Source: Candidatus Latescibacterota bacterium (lineage in GTDB: Bacteria; Latescibacterota; UBA2968; UBA8231). Taken from it: 64,000 nt of DNA. Below, one piece after another: positions 28,228-37,339 of this stretch. The DNA lies in assembly GCA_965208105.1 (NCBI GenBank), contig OZ242318.1, positions 3,936,001 through 4,000,000 on the forward strand, read 5' to 3'. The notes below the pieces were generated by a model. The model saw nothing but the letters and a program-made list of their open reading frames with translations, was not told the DNA's origin and made no database searches. Position numbers and translations under genes: made by a program. Numbering within the stretch: position 1 is the stretch's first letter; each line of letters starts with the position of its first letter.

Positions 28228-28967
28228 TAGTGCGCTGTTAAAGAGTCGGCATTGAATTTTGTATTTTGGCGAGCTTGGCATCGTCCTGGTTTCGATTTCT
28301 CCATACGAGGTATTCCTGCATGTGCTGGCCGATGTCTCGATGGTCCCTTGGGTCGCTGTTCTTGATGACGAAGTAGTGGGCGGCCGTCATGTGGCATTCG
28401 AGACGGTTCATCCAGGAGGCGTTGGTAGCGATGAAGACGAGGGAGACTCGATGCTGCCGACACCATTGCCGAATCTTTTGGGTCGCGTGCGTCGACAAAT
28501 TGTCCAGAACGAGGTAGATGCGTTGGGCCTTGCGGTAGCGGTGCCGGATGGCCTTGAGGAAAGTGAGCACCTCCGAGGCGTGCTTCTTTCGCTTGTGATG
28601 CATCCACAGGACGTCCTCGTGGACGTTGTAGGCGCCGAAGAAATAGTGACCCCGGCGTGCCGGGTGTAGGTGGCTCGGTGCCGCACCGGGTGCTTCTGCG
28701 GCGCCCAGGAGGAGCCGGCATGGGGCTTGATCTGCACGGGTCCCATTTCGTCGAAGCAGACTACGACCGAGTCCTTCGGCGCACGCCGGTAGAGGCGGTC
28801 GATGCGTTTTTTTCTGAGGAGAAATCCGGATCCTTCGACTCTTTCCAGGTGCGGGTACGTTGGTAGGTGACCTTATGCCGGTCCAAGACCTTGGCGATGG
28901 TCACGTGCGAGACCTTGGGGATCATCTTGCGCCCGACCAGACAGTCGGTCATCTTGCGCAGCGACCA
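28227..28967 (-). pseudogene. IS630-family transposase remnant, 5'-truncated and split over three frames
   Basis: WSLRKM...TWKESKDPDF; CFDEMGP; LDNLSTH...ASWMNRLE; element end CTAGTG at 28227. Confidence 0.9.
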
Positions 28968-29059
28968 CTGATATGTATTGACGGTTGTCAACCCTCTCCG
29001 GGGTGGTCGTTTCGGGTGTTATCTTTGCATAGTTTGTTCGGGGACAGATGGGACGCTGT

Positions 29060-29200
29060 AGCGACGGTTGATCCGACTGATATTCGCGGGTTGGCTACCG
29101 CCTGTCCTGGGTGCGTCGCGGAGCGGCCTCAATCTAGAGTCGAGGGTCAGCCTGAAAAGGCGCCTCATAGTGTCTTCGAGGATTCTCCTGACCGGTCCCT
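29060..29200 (-). ncRNA. Putative bridge/seek RNA in the IS110 right end
   Basis: Two stem-internal-loop-stem modules identified by eye; one loop contains ATATCAG identical to the element terminus; boundaries approximate. Confidence 0.65.
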
Positions 29201-29262
29201 TCTGTCCCGTTTCGATTTACATGAGCAAAGGTCCTATGCCGGCTTCTGAGACGATGAGCTTA

Positions 29263-30402
29263 TCAGGCGGCGATCCGAGGTCTCCTGGCCACGAGGCGGC
29301 CGGGGCGTTTCTGCTCCCAGGCGATGGCCCAGATGAAACCCAAAAGCTCCCGCGCGATCGCGGTGCAGACTTTGTTTTTCGGCATCCCTCGCCCACTCAG
29401 CCGTCGATAGCGTCCACACAGGCGTTTCTGTGCCTTCCAGGCGATGGCCTGTATGGGGGGTGCGGTCTGTTCGGCGCGTCGTTGCAAGGCGGCCGTCTTG
29501 CGGGCGGGAAAGCGATAGCACCAGGCCGCTTCCACCAGCACGCGCCGCACGTGGGCGTTGCCCGCCTTGGTGATCGCCCCTCGCTTTTGGCGGGAGCCGC
29601 TGGAATGCTCGCTGGGGACCAGACCGACGAAGGCCATCAGTTGGCGCGGCGAGTCAAAGCGGGTGAGGTCCCCCAACTCGGCCAGGGTCGTAACCGCGGT
29701 GAGCGTGTCTACCCCGCGCAGCGCCCTCATAGCCCGCGTCTCCCCTTCCAAAGACCATCCCTCCAGCGCCTGCTGCAGGGCCTGGTCCAACCCCTGGATC
29801 CGACCTTGGGCTTCCTGTACCGCGTCCACGTATTCCTGAAAGACGATCTGCTGGGCCGGATGATCGAAGCGCTGGGTCTGCAGCCAGCGAAAGTGGGCTT
29901 GGGTCCAGCGACTGCGCCCGGAGTAGATCCGGCCGTGGCGCTGCAAGAAGCTGTTCAGCCGCTGGCGCACGCGGCGCTCGGCGTGCTTGAAGTCTTCCCG
30001 GCAGCGCTCCAGATCGCGCATCGCCTCCTGCGCTTGGTCGGGCACCCACACGGGGGTCAACTCGCCGTGTTGGAAAAGCCGCACCAGAGACACAGCATCG
30101 CGGCGGTCGGTCTTGATGCGGTCGCCCGGCCGACGCGGGATCAGCGAGGGCGCCACCACCGTGCAGGCGTGCCCTAGGGCTGTGAGCTGACGGTAGACGC
30201 CGTAGCCGCAGGGTCCGGCCTCGTAGCAAAACCGCAACGACGTCTCCGAGCCGGCCAGTTTGGCCGCCAGTTGGGACAACGCGGCGCCCGTAGAAGGTAT
30301 CGTTCCATACAGGTCCGGCCCTTTTCGGCCTTCACCGGCCAGGGCGACGGTGATCGAATCTTTATGTATGTCCAAGGCGACGAATTTCGTAGATTTACGC
30401 AT
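29263..30402 (-). CDS. IS110 DEDD recombinase/transposase
   Basis: ALDIHK, CYEAG, KTDRRD and GLVPSEHSSG; AGGAGG RBS; intact 379 aa. Confidence 0.96.
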   Translation of the reverse strand: MRKSTKFVALDIHKDSITVALAGEGRKGPDLYGTIPSTGAALSQLAAKLAGSETSLRFCYEAGPCGYGVYRQLTALGHACTVVAPSLIPRRPGDRIKTDRRDAVSLVRLFQHGELTPVWVPDQAQEAMRDLERCREDFKHAERRVRQRLNSFLQRHGRIYSGRSRWTQAHFRWLQTQRFDHPAQQIVFQEYVDAVQEAQGRIQGLDQALQQALEGWSLEGETRAMRALRGVDTLTAVTTLAELGDLTRFDSPRQLMAFVGLVPSEHSSGSRQKRGAITKAGNAHVRRVLVEAAWCYRFPARKTAALQRRAEQTAPPIQAIAWKAQKRLCGRYRRLSGRGMPKNKVCTAIARELLGFIWAIAWEQKRPGRLVARRPRIAA

Positions 30403-30516
30403 GGCCTCCTCCTTTTCGCTGGGGATAGGTCTTTGGGTGAACTCCGTTTTCCCAAAGATAACCCCCGAAAACCGAAATCGGAGGAGGTCTTTCATATCTC
30501 CGTCAATACATAAGGT

Positions 30517-31410
30517 CTAGCGCTCGATCTCATCGGTATGAGAGCTGATAATTCCATATGTCTCCGGGCGGCGGTCGCGATACATGAAATGCAGGCGGCG
30601 TGCATGGAGCAGGTGGTCTCTGTCAATGACCACGTTCAGAACCTCCTCGCGGTCATTGCTGCCCTCGGTCATCAGCTCACCCAGAGGGTCGAAAGCGATG
30701 CTGCGCCCTCCCATTAGAATGGGCATGTCCGGAGCTGGCACCCAGCCAATGCTGTTGGCAGCGAGGATGTAGGCAATATTTTCGAAGGCACGGGTGGCCA
30801 GAAGCTCCTTCCAGATAGTCTTTTTCGTATCCGAGATTCCAAACGGCGCCAGAATCGCCTCGGCTCCCGACAGTGCAAGACAACGGGCAGCCTCGGGGAA
30901 GTAGGCGTCATAGCAGAGGAGGATGCCTATCTTCCAGGCCCCGATCCGGAATACCGGATAGCGAGAGCCGGTGCGGAAGTAGATCGACTCGATTCCCAGG
31001 TCCGTTACTATCTCACCGTCGATCAGGATGTGCCTCTGGCCGCCAATATGGGTCTTGCGGTACTTGCCGACGATGTCCCCTCCGGGCCCGATCAGGATGG
31101 CCGTGTCGTAGAACAGATCGGTTCCGTCGCGCTCGAAGATGGTAGCCACGATATGGCACCGGTACTGTGCGGCTTTCGATCTCATGGTGGCTATGGCAGG
31201 ATCCTCAACGGTGGATGCGAGGTCGAAAAGGGCATAGTCGCGCGAGGCAGGGAAGAAGCCGGTGCTCCAGTACTCGGGCAGAAGGATCGCGTCGGAACCC
31301 TCCGCAGCCGCCAGGTCGACGAGGCGAACGGCCGTCTCGATGTTGCGTTCGACTTCTCCGACCGCGCTTTCCATCTGGATCAGCCCGACATTTAAATTTT
31401 CAGGAGCCAT
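30517..31410 (-). CDS. Carbon-nitrogen hydrolase (nitrilase superfamily)
   Basis: Catalytic triad LPEY, YRKTH, LCYD; RAFEN; RDRRPETY. Confidence 0.92.
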   Translation of the reverse strand: MAPENLNVGLIQMESAVGEVERNIETAVRLVDLAAAEGSDAILLPEYWSTGFFPASRDYALFDLASTVEDPAIATMRSKAAQYRCHIVATIFERDGTDLFYDTAILIGPGGDIVGKYRKTHIGGQRHILIDGEIVTDLGIESIYFRTGSRYPVFRIGAWKIGILLCYDAYFPEAARCLALSGAEAILAPFGISDTKKTIWKELLATRAFENIAYILAANSIGWVPAPDMPILMGGRSIAFDPLGELMTEGSNDREEVLNVVIDRDHLLHARRLHFMYRDRRPETYGIISSHTDEIER

Positions 31411-31520
31411 TGGTCCATACCCGGGGGTTCCAGGGGTGTTTCGGGTCCCGGCGTCGCCGTGCTGATGCGGACCCCGGAAGGGCGCAAATTAATCTTTTCA
31501 AGCTAACCCGCAGTTCATAT

Positions 31521-31559
31521 TATAATCGAAATATAAGCGAAAAATATATAAGCGAAAAA
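31521..31559. promoter_or_regulatory. AT-rich direct repeats in a divergent intergenic region (candidate operator)
   Basis: ATATAAGCGAAAAA at 31531 and 31546, plus variant TATAATCGAAA at 31521. Confidence 0.45.
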
Positions 31560-31603
31560 CCCATACTGAAGCTGTCAACTTGCATGCAACCGACCTGTCT
31601 AGG

Positions 31604-32380
31604 ATGGAGAACAGCACCTTTCAAAAGAACCTGGATCTCCTGAATAATCAGGGGTTTCTGCTGATCGAGCAGGCCCTGGACCGTGAAACGGTAGATTCAT
31701 GGGCGCGAACTTTGTACGATCTCTACGATGAAGGTCGGCATCAGGTCGACAACAGTGTCGGCAACGTGGCCTTCGAGAAGCTGCTGGAATTGCAGCCCGA
31801 GAGATCCAGACGACTGGTAGGGCACGAAAGTGTTGCTCCCTACCTGCAGTCGGTGCTGGGCAAACAGTGCCAGCTGCGCAGTATAAGGGCGCACCTCAAT
31901 CCCCGGGACTACCTCCAGGAATGGCACATGGATTTCTACGATTACTGGTACCAGGAGGAAAAAGCCGGGGCCAGCCGTCCTCTGGCCGGAACCTGCATGA
32001 ACACCACCTTCTACCTGACCGACAACACACCTGAGCGAGGGAGACTCAGGTTCGTGCGCGACTTTTTCGTCAAGGCGGTTCCCGGGGAAATGCGCCGGCA
32101 CATGGGATATACGCATGACCGCGCAAACCCATTCCAGGTGTGGTGCGACGGGCAGGAGCACGTGGATCTACATCCCATGGCAGGGGACGCGGTGGTTTTC
32201 TACAGCCACGTTCCGCACCAGGGAGCAAAGACGGGACCGGATGCGCCGGGAAGGATGCGCGCGAATATCGTCCTGCATTACCAGCAAAACCCGATGTACC
32301 CGGACATCAGGTTTGTGAGCGACCCCCAGTTCACCTTGAACCAACTGGGGTATGCGGGGACGTTTCCCTTTGCGCAATGA
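31604..32380 (+). CDS. Phytanoyl-CoA dioxygenase (PhyH) family protein
   Basis: WHMD, YLTDNT and AGDAVVF...PH facial-triad motifs. Confidence 0.85.
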   Translation: MENSTFQKNLDLLNNQGFLLIEQALDRETVDSWARTLYDLYDEGRHQVDNSVGNVAFEKLLELQPERSRRLVGHESVAPYLQSVLGKQCQLRSIRAHLNPRDYLQEWHMDFYDYWYQEEKAGASRPLAGTCMNTTFYLTDNTPERGRLRFVRDFFVKAVPGEMRRHMGYTHDRANPFQVWCDGQEHVDLHPMAGDAVVFYSHVPHQGAKTGPDAPGRMRANIVLHYQQNPMYPDIRFVSDPQFTLNQLGYAGTFPFAQ

Positions 32381-32552
32381 ATTTCCCAGTGTCTGCCGGG
32401 CTGCTGGTCGAGCCGATTTTTCCGCGGTCTGTTGCTGATCCTTCATCCTCTTTTCATGCGCCTCCGGTTCGAGTCCAGCCGAGTTCCCGCTGGATCTTCG
32501 TTTCCGCGTATTTCTCGCATCTGTTTTCAAGACCGGGAGGTATTTCGAGAAG

Positions 32553-33659
32553 ATGAAAAAAGCAATTCTGTCAATCGTCCTTTTCTGGGGTTTTTCCTTG
32601 TGCGGCGCGGAGACATCGGGAGATGCAGAGAACGGTGCGGACCTGATTCTGCGCGCAAAGGTGAAAAAGAAGTTCAAGTTCCGCGGGAATTTCGGTGTCA
32701 AGTTCGGCGTTGAGAAAGTGGAAAAGGGGGCCCTACAGGAGGGAGCAATCCAGATTTACTTCGATCCATGGGAAGAAAGGAGAATAGATCTGGAAGAGTT
32801 GAAGGGCGGTGACATGTTTACGCTTGAATGCGTCGAATCGGATGAAGTATCCGACACCGACTTCATCGAGATACTGGCAGCCGGCGCCGAGGCCAGGAAA
32901 ACGAATTGGAAGGTAATCCGGATCGCAGCATTCATTGCCGATGAGGACAGGGTATATGATTCCTTGCAGGAAGCCCTGGCGAACCGTGAAAGGGTTTATA
33001 TCCTCCACCTGAACAGAGAGGGATTGGACAGATGGCCCGCCAGAGTTGGCAAACTCACCCGTCTGAAAAAGCTCTCTTTAGCCAAGAATAAAATTGCGAG
33101 ATTGCCCCAAAGAATCGGCGAGCTCAGCCACCTGGAACACCTCGATGTCAGCAAGAATGCCCTAGGGGAGGTTCCTCGAGAGCTGTGGAATCTTGCCAAT
33201 CTGGAGTTCCTGTCTCTTGCGGGCAATGAAATTTCGGGACTTCCCCAGGGGATGGCCAAATTGAAGAGGCTGAGAGTACTGCACCTGAACAAAAACTCGT
33301 TCGCGGTGTTGCCGCCTGAAATAGCAGAGCTTGATTCCCTGCGGGAATTGGATTTGCACGGCAACAAGCTCAGCAGCCTCCCGCCCGGGATAAAAAATCT
33401 GAAGAAACTGAGGAAATTGAGCTTGGGGAACCCATTCTACGGTGGTAACGAGTTCAAGACCCTGCCCCTGGAGATAACCGAAATTGAAAGCCTGGAAGAA
33501 CTGGTCCTGAGTAGAAACAGCATCGCCGCACTTCCGCCCGAGATGAAAAAATTGAGAAACCTCAAGAAGCTGTGGGTAAACCAGGACTTTGACACGAAGG
33601 AAGTTCGCAAGGTCAAATCCCTCATACCGAATTTACACGTCTTGCAATTTTCAAAATGA
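32553..33659 (+). CDS. Secreted leucine-rich repeat protein
   Basis: Signal peptide; about 8 LxxLxLxxNxLxxLP repeats of about 23 aa. Confidence 0.92.
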   Translation: MKKAILSIVLFWGFSLCGAETSGDAENGADLILRAKVKKKFKFRGNFGVKFGVEKVEKGALQEGAIQIYFDPWEERRIDLEELKGGDMFTLECVESDEVSDTDFIEILAAGAEARKTNWKVIRIAAFIADEDRVYDSLQEALANRERVYILHLNREGLDRWPARVGKLTRLKKLSLAKNKIARLPQRIGELSHLEHLDVSKNALGEVPRELWNLANLEFLSLAGNEISGLPQGMAKLKRLRVLHLNKNSFAVLPPEIAELDSLRELDLHGNKLSSLPPGIKNLKKLRKLSLGNPFYGGNEFKTLPLEITEIESLEELVLSRNSIAALPPEMKKLRNLKKLWVNQDFDTKEVRKVKSLIPNLHVLQFSK

Positions 33660-33798
33660 AGATTCGGCCGCGGAGGCAAAATCTGTCTCCATGTGCTCCA
33701 TGATCGCGGTTCCGGTTTCTATTTCGCCCGCTTCACACCGGGTATGGCCATTGCCGGGATCAGATTTCCCACCTGCCACCACCTACAATGAGGGCCAC

Positions 33799-34107
33799 AT
33801 GGCGGGATCCGACAAAGTCACCAGGCTGCAGCGCGTGCCTCTGGACGAGCGGTTCATCGAACTCGTGCTTCCGGAGACCGTTGAGGACCGGATAGAGGCG
33901 CAGGAACTGCGCCAGATTCTGCACAAGGCGCTGCAGAAACTGACCCCGGAGGAGCTCGAAGTCATCGGTCTCCGACACCAGCACAAAAGATCCCCCGGGC
34001 AGGTGGCGGCGAAGTTGGGCGTCAGCCGGGAAGAGGTCGCCAGGCTCGAGGCGAGTGCGCTCGAAAAACTGCGCAAACCTCTGGAAGCCTGGTACCTGGA
34101 GCCCTGA
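33799..34107 (+). CDS. Stand-alone sigma70 region-4 HTH protein (102 aa)
   Basis: LQKLTPEELEVIGLRH...QVAAKLGVSREEVARLEASALEKLR. Confidence 0.75.
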   Translation: MAGSDKVTRLQRVPLDERFIELVLPETVEDRIEAQELRQILHKALQKLTPEELEVIGLRHQHKRSPGQVAAKLGVSREEVARLEASALEKLRKPLEAWYLEP

Positions 34108-34108
34108 A

Positions 34109-35695
34109 TTGGGCTTCTTCCAGGTCCTCCACAAAGGTCCCTGGTCTCCGCTGCAGCTCGCGGCGGCTGGCAGCATCTCGGGGCTTCTCTTCTGGGCAAG
34201 CATTCCAGGAGCCGACGTCCAGCTGCTGGCCTGGACCTGTTTGATCCCCTGTTTTCTTGGGCTCCGGCACGCAACCCCTGGGGCCCTCTTCGCCATGGGG
34301 ATGACCTCCGGCTTCATCTCCGGCCTGGGCCGCGTCTACTGGATTACCGAAACCCTACAACTCTACGGGGCCCTTCCCCTGCCCCTTGCCCTCGCCTCGA
34401 ATTTCTTCCTCATCCTCTATTTGGCTCTCTACCCGGGGATTTTCTTTTTTGCATGTTCCAGGTTAAATCTTTCGTCCCCGTTCTTTCCCTGGCAAGCCGC
34501 CAGCCTGTGGGTTCTCCTGGAGTGGGTCCAGACCTGGCTCATCAGCGGGTTTCCGTGGATGCTGCTGGGCTATTCCCAGTACCTCAATCTTTCCATCCTG
34601 CAAATTGCCTCCCTTACCGGAGTCTATGGACTCAGCTTCCTGATCGTCCTGGTCAATGCAGGCCTCGCCGGGGTTCTCGTATCCAGGTCAGGCCTGCTGA
34701 CCCGGATCGGACCACCAGCCCTGCTGCTAGTCGGGGTGTTGATCTGGGGTCGGGAGCGCATCGGCGAACTCGATGAGGAATCCGGTGCCGCGTTGAAGGT
34801 GGGGATCGTTCAGGGCAATATCCCTCAGGGAGAAAAGTGGAAAAAGGACAGAATCGCTCGCTCCACTCACCGTTACGTCGAGCTGACCCGCGCCTTTCCA
34901 TCCGACCAGCTCGATCTCATCGTCTTCCCCGAGACGGCCCTGCCCTTTCGCTTCCGGGATCAACACTACCGGACCCATCACCAGCAGATCCTCGAGCTTG
35001 CCCGCCAGCTCCGCACCCCCATGCTCGTAGGCAGCCTGGAAGGCAGCGGGGGAGGGGAGTCGGAGGACCTCTACAACCGCGCATTCCTTTTGGATGAGGG
35101 TGGTGGCGTCCACGACTTCCAGGACAAGGTCCACCTCGTGCCCTTCGGAGAGTATCTTCCCCTCGCCTTTCTGTTTCAATATCTGGAAGGTCTGACTGCC
35201 GAAAGCGGGGTATTTGCCCCGGGGAAGGACCACAAAGTCCTCACCTTGCCGTCGACAAAGCACAGCTTCGGGGTGTTCCTCTGCTACGAGTCGATCTTTC
35301 CATCGATAGCCCGCAATCTGGCAGGCTCCGGAGCGTCCTTTCTGGTCAACACGACGAACGATGCCTGGTTCGGCCTGACGGCAGCGCCTTACCAGCACCT
35401 TGCCATGGCCGTGCTGCGCGCCGTGGAAACCGGGCGCCCCGTGCTGCGGGCCGCCAATACGGGCATCTCCGGAATCATAGATCCGGCGGGGAGGGTCAGG
35501 AGAGAGACGGGCTTGTTCGAGACCGCCGCCTTTACGGTCGAGATCAGGCCGCGGACGGAATCAACGGTCTACGTGCTCTGGGGGGATTCGTTCCTGGCAC
35601 TGTGCGCCCTGTTCCTGGCCGGGGCCTCAGGTCCCGGCGTCCGGCGCTATTTTTCCCGGAACCCTTCCAGGTCGGGAGTTTCACCGGTCAAATAG
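34109..35695 (+). CDS. lnt: Apolipoprotein N-acyltransferase
   Basis: GFPW, VQGNI, FPETA, KVHLVPFGEY, CYES, TNDAWF, RAVE, RAANTGIS; start uncertain. Confidence 0.95.
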   Translation: MGFFQVLHKGPWSPLQLAAAGSISGLLFWASIPGADVQLLAWTCLIPCFLGLRHATPGALFAMGMTSGFISGLGRVYWITETLQLYGALPLPLALASNFFLILYLALYPGIFFFACSRLNLSSPFFPWQAASLWVLLEWVQTWLISGFPWMLLGYSQYLNLSILQIASLTGVYGLSFLIVLVNAGLAGVLVSRSGLLTRIGPPALLLVGVLIWGRERIGELDEESGAALKVGIVQGNIPQGEKWKKDRIARSTHRYVELTRAFPSDQLDLIVFPETALPFRFRDQHYRTHHQQILELARQLRTPMLVGSLEGSGGGESEDLYNRAFLLDEGGGVHDFQDKVHLVPFGEYLPLAFLFQYLEGLTAESGVFAPGKDHKVLTLPSTKHSFGVFLCYESIFPSIARNLAGSGASFLVNTTNDAWFGLTAAPYQHLAMAVLRAVETGRPVLRAANTGISGIIDPAGRVRRETGLFETAAFTVEIRPRTESTVYVLWGDSFLALCALFLAGASGPGVRRYFSRNPSRSGVSPVK

Positions 35696-35699
35696 GGAT

Positions 35700-36806
35700 T
35701 CAGGCATCGCAGCTGGGCACGTCCACCCAGCGCCGCGTCCGCGCCGCGGTAAGGATGGCGTCTGCCACCGCCTGGGCCCGCATGCCGTAATAGAACGAGG
35801 GGACGCACTCCCTGCCCTTGAGAATGGCGCAGGTGAATTCCCAGGCCTGGTCCCAGCGGAAATTCTGCAGCGGATTCCCTTCCCCGGGATTGCGGGGTGA
35901 GCCGGGCAGCCTTAGAAATTTCTCGGGAACCTTGCGGGAGCGGTATGGCTCCCCTCTGCGAGCGAAGAGGATCCGGTCAGCGGGGTCCAACTGGTATGCA
36001 GCAGAGGCTGCGCTGCCGTTGAGCTCGGCTACATCGTGATCGCCGCCCGGTCCCCGTCCCTTGGTCAGCTTGCCCATCTCGAAGACTCCGGTGGCCCCGC
36101 TCCCGAACTCGGCGATCCATGCCACCCAATCCTCCAGGTCCTGGGGAGGACAGGGCTCGCCCGCCTCGGTTCGATCACGTGCCAGCACCTGGCGGGTGGC
36201 GGCGCACACCGACGTGACGGGTCCAAGCAGGTCTTCGGCGAAGTCAATGCGATGGATGCCCATATCTCCCAACTCACCTGAGCCTGCCCGGTCCTTGTAC
36301 TGGCGCCAGCCGATTGAATATTCCCCCCAGTCCTGCAGCCGTTGAAAGCGTGCGTGGCGGATTTCCCCCAATTCCCCCTGCCGCACGAGGTGGCGCAGGT
36401 AGGCCATTCCGGGCGCAAAACGGTAGGTGAAGGCCGTCATGTGCCGCAGGCCGGACTCTTTGGCTGCCCGGTAGATTTCCACCGTCTCGCCGTAGTCCAT
36501 ACCCAGGGGTTTCTCGCACAGCACGTGGCAGCCGGCCTCCAGGGCATTCAGAATGAAACTCCGGTGGAGCACGTTGGGGACGGCGATGACCACGGCGTCG
36601 GGTTCGACCTCGCGCAGGAACCGGTCGAAATCACTGCACCCCACCGCTACGCCCCACTCCTCCTGGCGGCGGGCAAGCAGCTTCGCGTCCACCTCGCAAA
36701 GGCCGGCGATTTCCACCTGCGGAATCCGGCGGAAGCCGGGGTAGTGCACCGCGGCGCAGACTCCACCGAGACCGACCAGGCCAATCCGCAACTTTTCTTC
36801 AGCCAT
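35700..36806 (-). CDS. Gfo/Idh/MocA oxidoreductase
   Basis: GLVGLG, HVLCEKP, GELGDMGIH. Confidence 0.9.
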   Translation of the reverse strand: MAEEKLRIGLVGLGGVCAAVHYPGFRRIPQVEIAGLCEVDAKLLARRQEEWGVAVGCSDFDRFLREVEPDAVVIAVPNVLHRSFILNALEAGCHVLCEKPLGMDYGETVEIYRAAKESGLRHMTAFTYRFAPGMAYLRHLVRQGELGEIRHARFQRLQDWGEYSIGWRQYKDRAGSGELGDMGIHRIDFAEDLLGPVTSVCAATRQVLARDRTEAGEPCPPQDLEDWVAWIAEFGSGATGVFEMGKLTKGRGPGGDHDVAELNGSAASAAYQLDPADRILFARRGEPYRSRKVPEKFLRLPGSPRNPGEGNPLQNFRWDQAWEFTCAILKGRECVPSFYYGMRAQAVADAILTAARTRRWVDVPSCDA

Positions 36807-36825
36807 CAGCTCTCGACCTTGAAAG

Positions 36826-36958
36826 GGGCCGCCGAGGCGCCCGGCTCACAAGGCGCCTGAGCGAGTCGTACCAGTGGTGTACGGCGAGTGAAGGCAACGC
36901 CGTGAGCCGGGATGGATCGGCGGAATAATGGCGACATATTTCTGCGACGGGACACTAA
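36826..36958 (+). mobile_element. Left-truncated copy of the 168-bp element, TIR type B
   Basis: Nearly identical to 42735-42867; ends GGGACACTAA overlapping the cupin TAG stop. Confidence 0.88.
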
Positions 36959-37326
36959 CGCCAGACCGTTTGGTCAGAGGTTTCCACATACTGGTTGTAG
37001 CGCTGGAGGTAATCCTCGCGAATCGGGGAAAAGATGTCCAGGACTCGTGCAGGCCCCTCCACTACCTCCCCTCCGTGCACCACATTCGACGGCACCATGA
37101 AGGCGTCGCCGGGCTCCATGAGCATCTCCTCCTCTCCGACCCTGAATTTCAGCTTGCCCTCCAGCATCAGTCCGGCCTGCTCGTGGGGGTGGCTGTGGTC
37201 GGGCACTACTCCACCCTGCTCCAGAACCAGGAAGGAGAGCATGAGGCGCTCTCCGGCGATGACGCCGCTGAGGGCACCCGGGAACAATTCCATTTTTGGC
37301 AGATCTTCAGAACGGATAAACGGCAT
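36955..37326 (-). CDS. Cupin domain protein
   Basis: PDHSHPHEQ...VPSNVVHG...DIFSPIREDY. Confidence 0.9.
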   Translation of the reverse strand: MPFIRSEDLPKMELFPGALSGVIAGERLMLSFLVLEQGGVVPDHSHPHEQAGLMLEGKLKFRVGEEEMLMEPGDAFMVPSNVVHGGEVVEGPARVLDIFSPIREDYLQRYNQYVETSDQTVWR

Positions 37327-37339
37327 AATTGCCTCCTCT

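Larger units (their letters stand above)
28968..30518 (-). mobile_element. Complete IS110-family (IS1111-type) insertion sequence
   Basis: 13-bp sub-terminal IR TATGTATTGACGG (28972-28984 and 30500-30512); short left end; about 295-bp right end terminating TTGACAACCGTCAATACATATCAG; left end shared with the copy at 63607. Confidence 0.88.

Noticed and set aside
29102-29137. Initial reading as an external target flank of IS110 copy 1
   Set aside because: The sub-terminal IR places the element end at about 28968, so this sequence is internal
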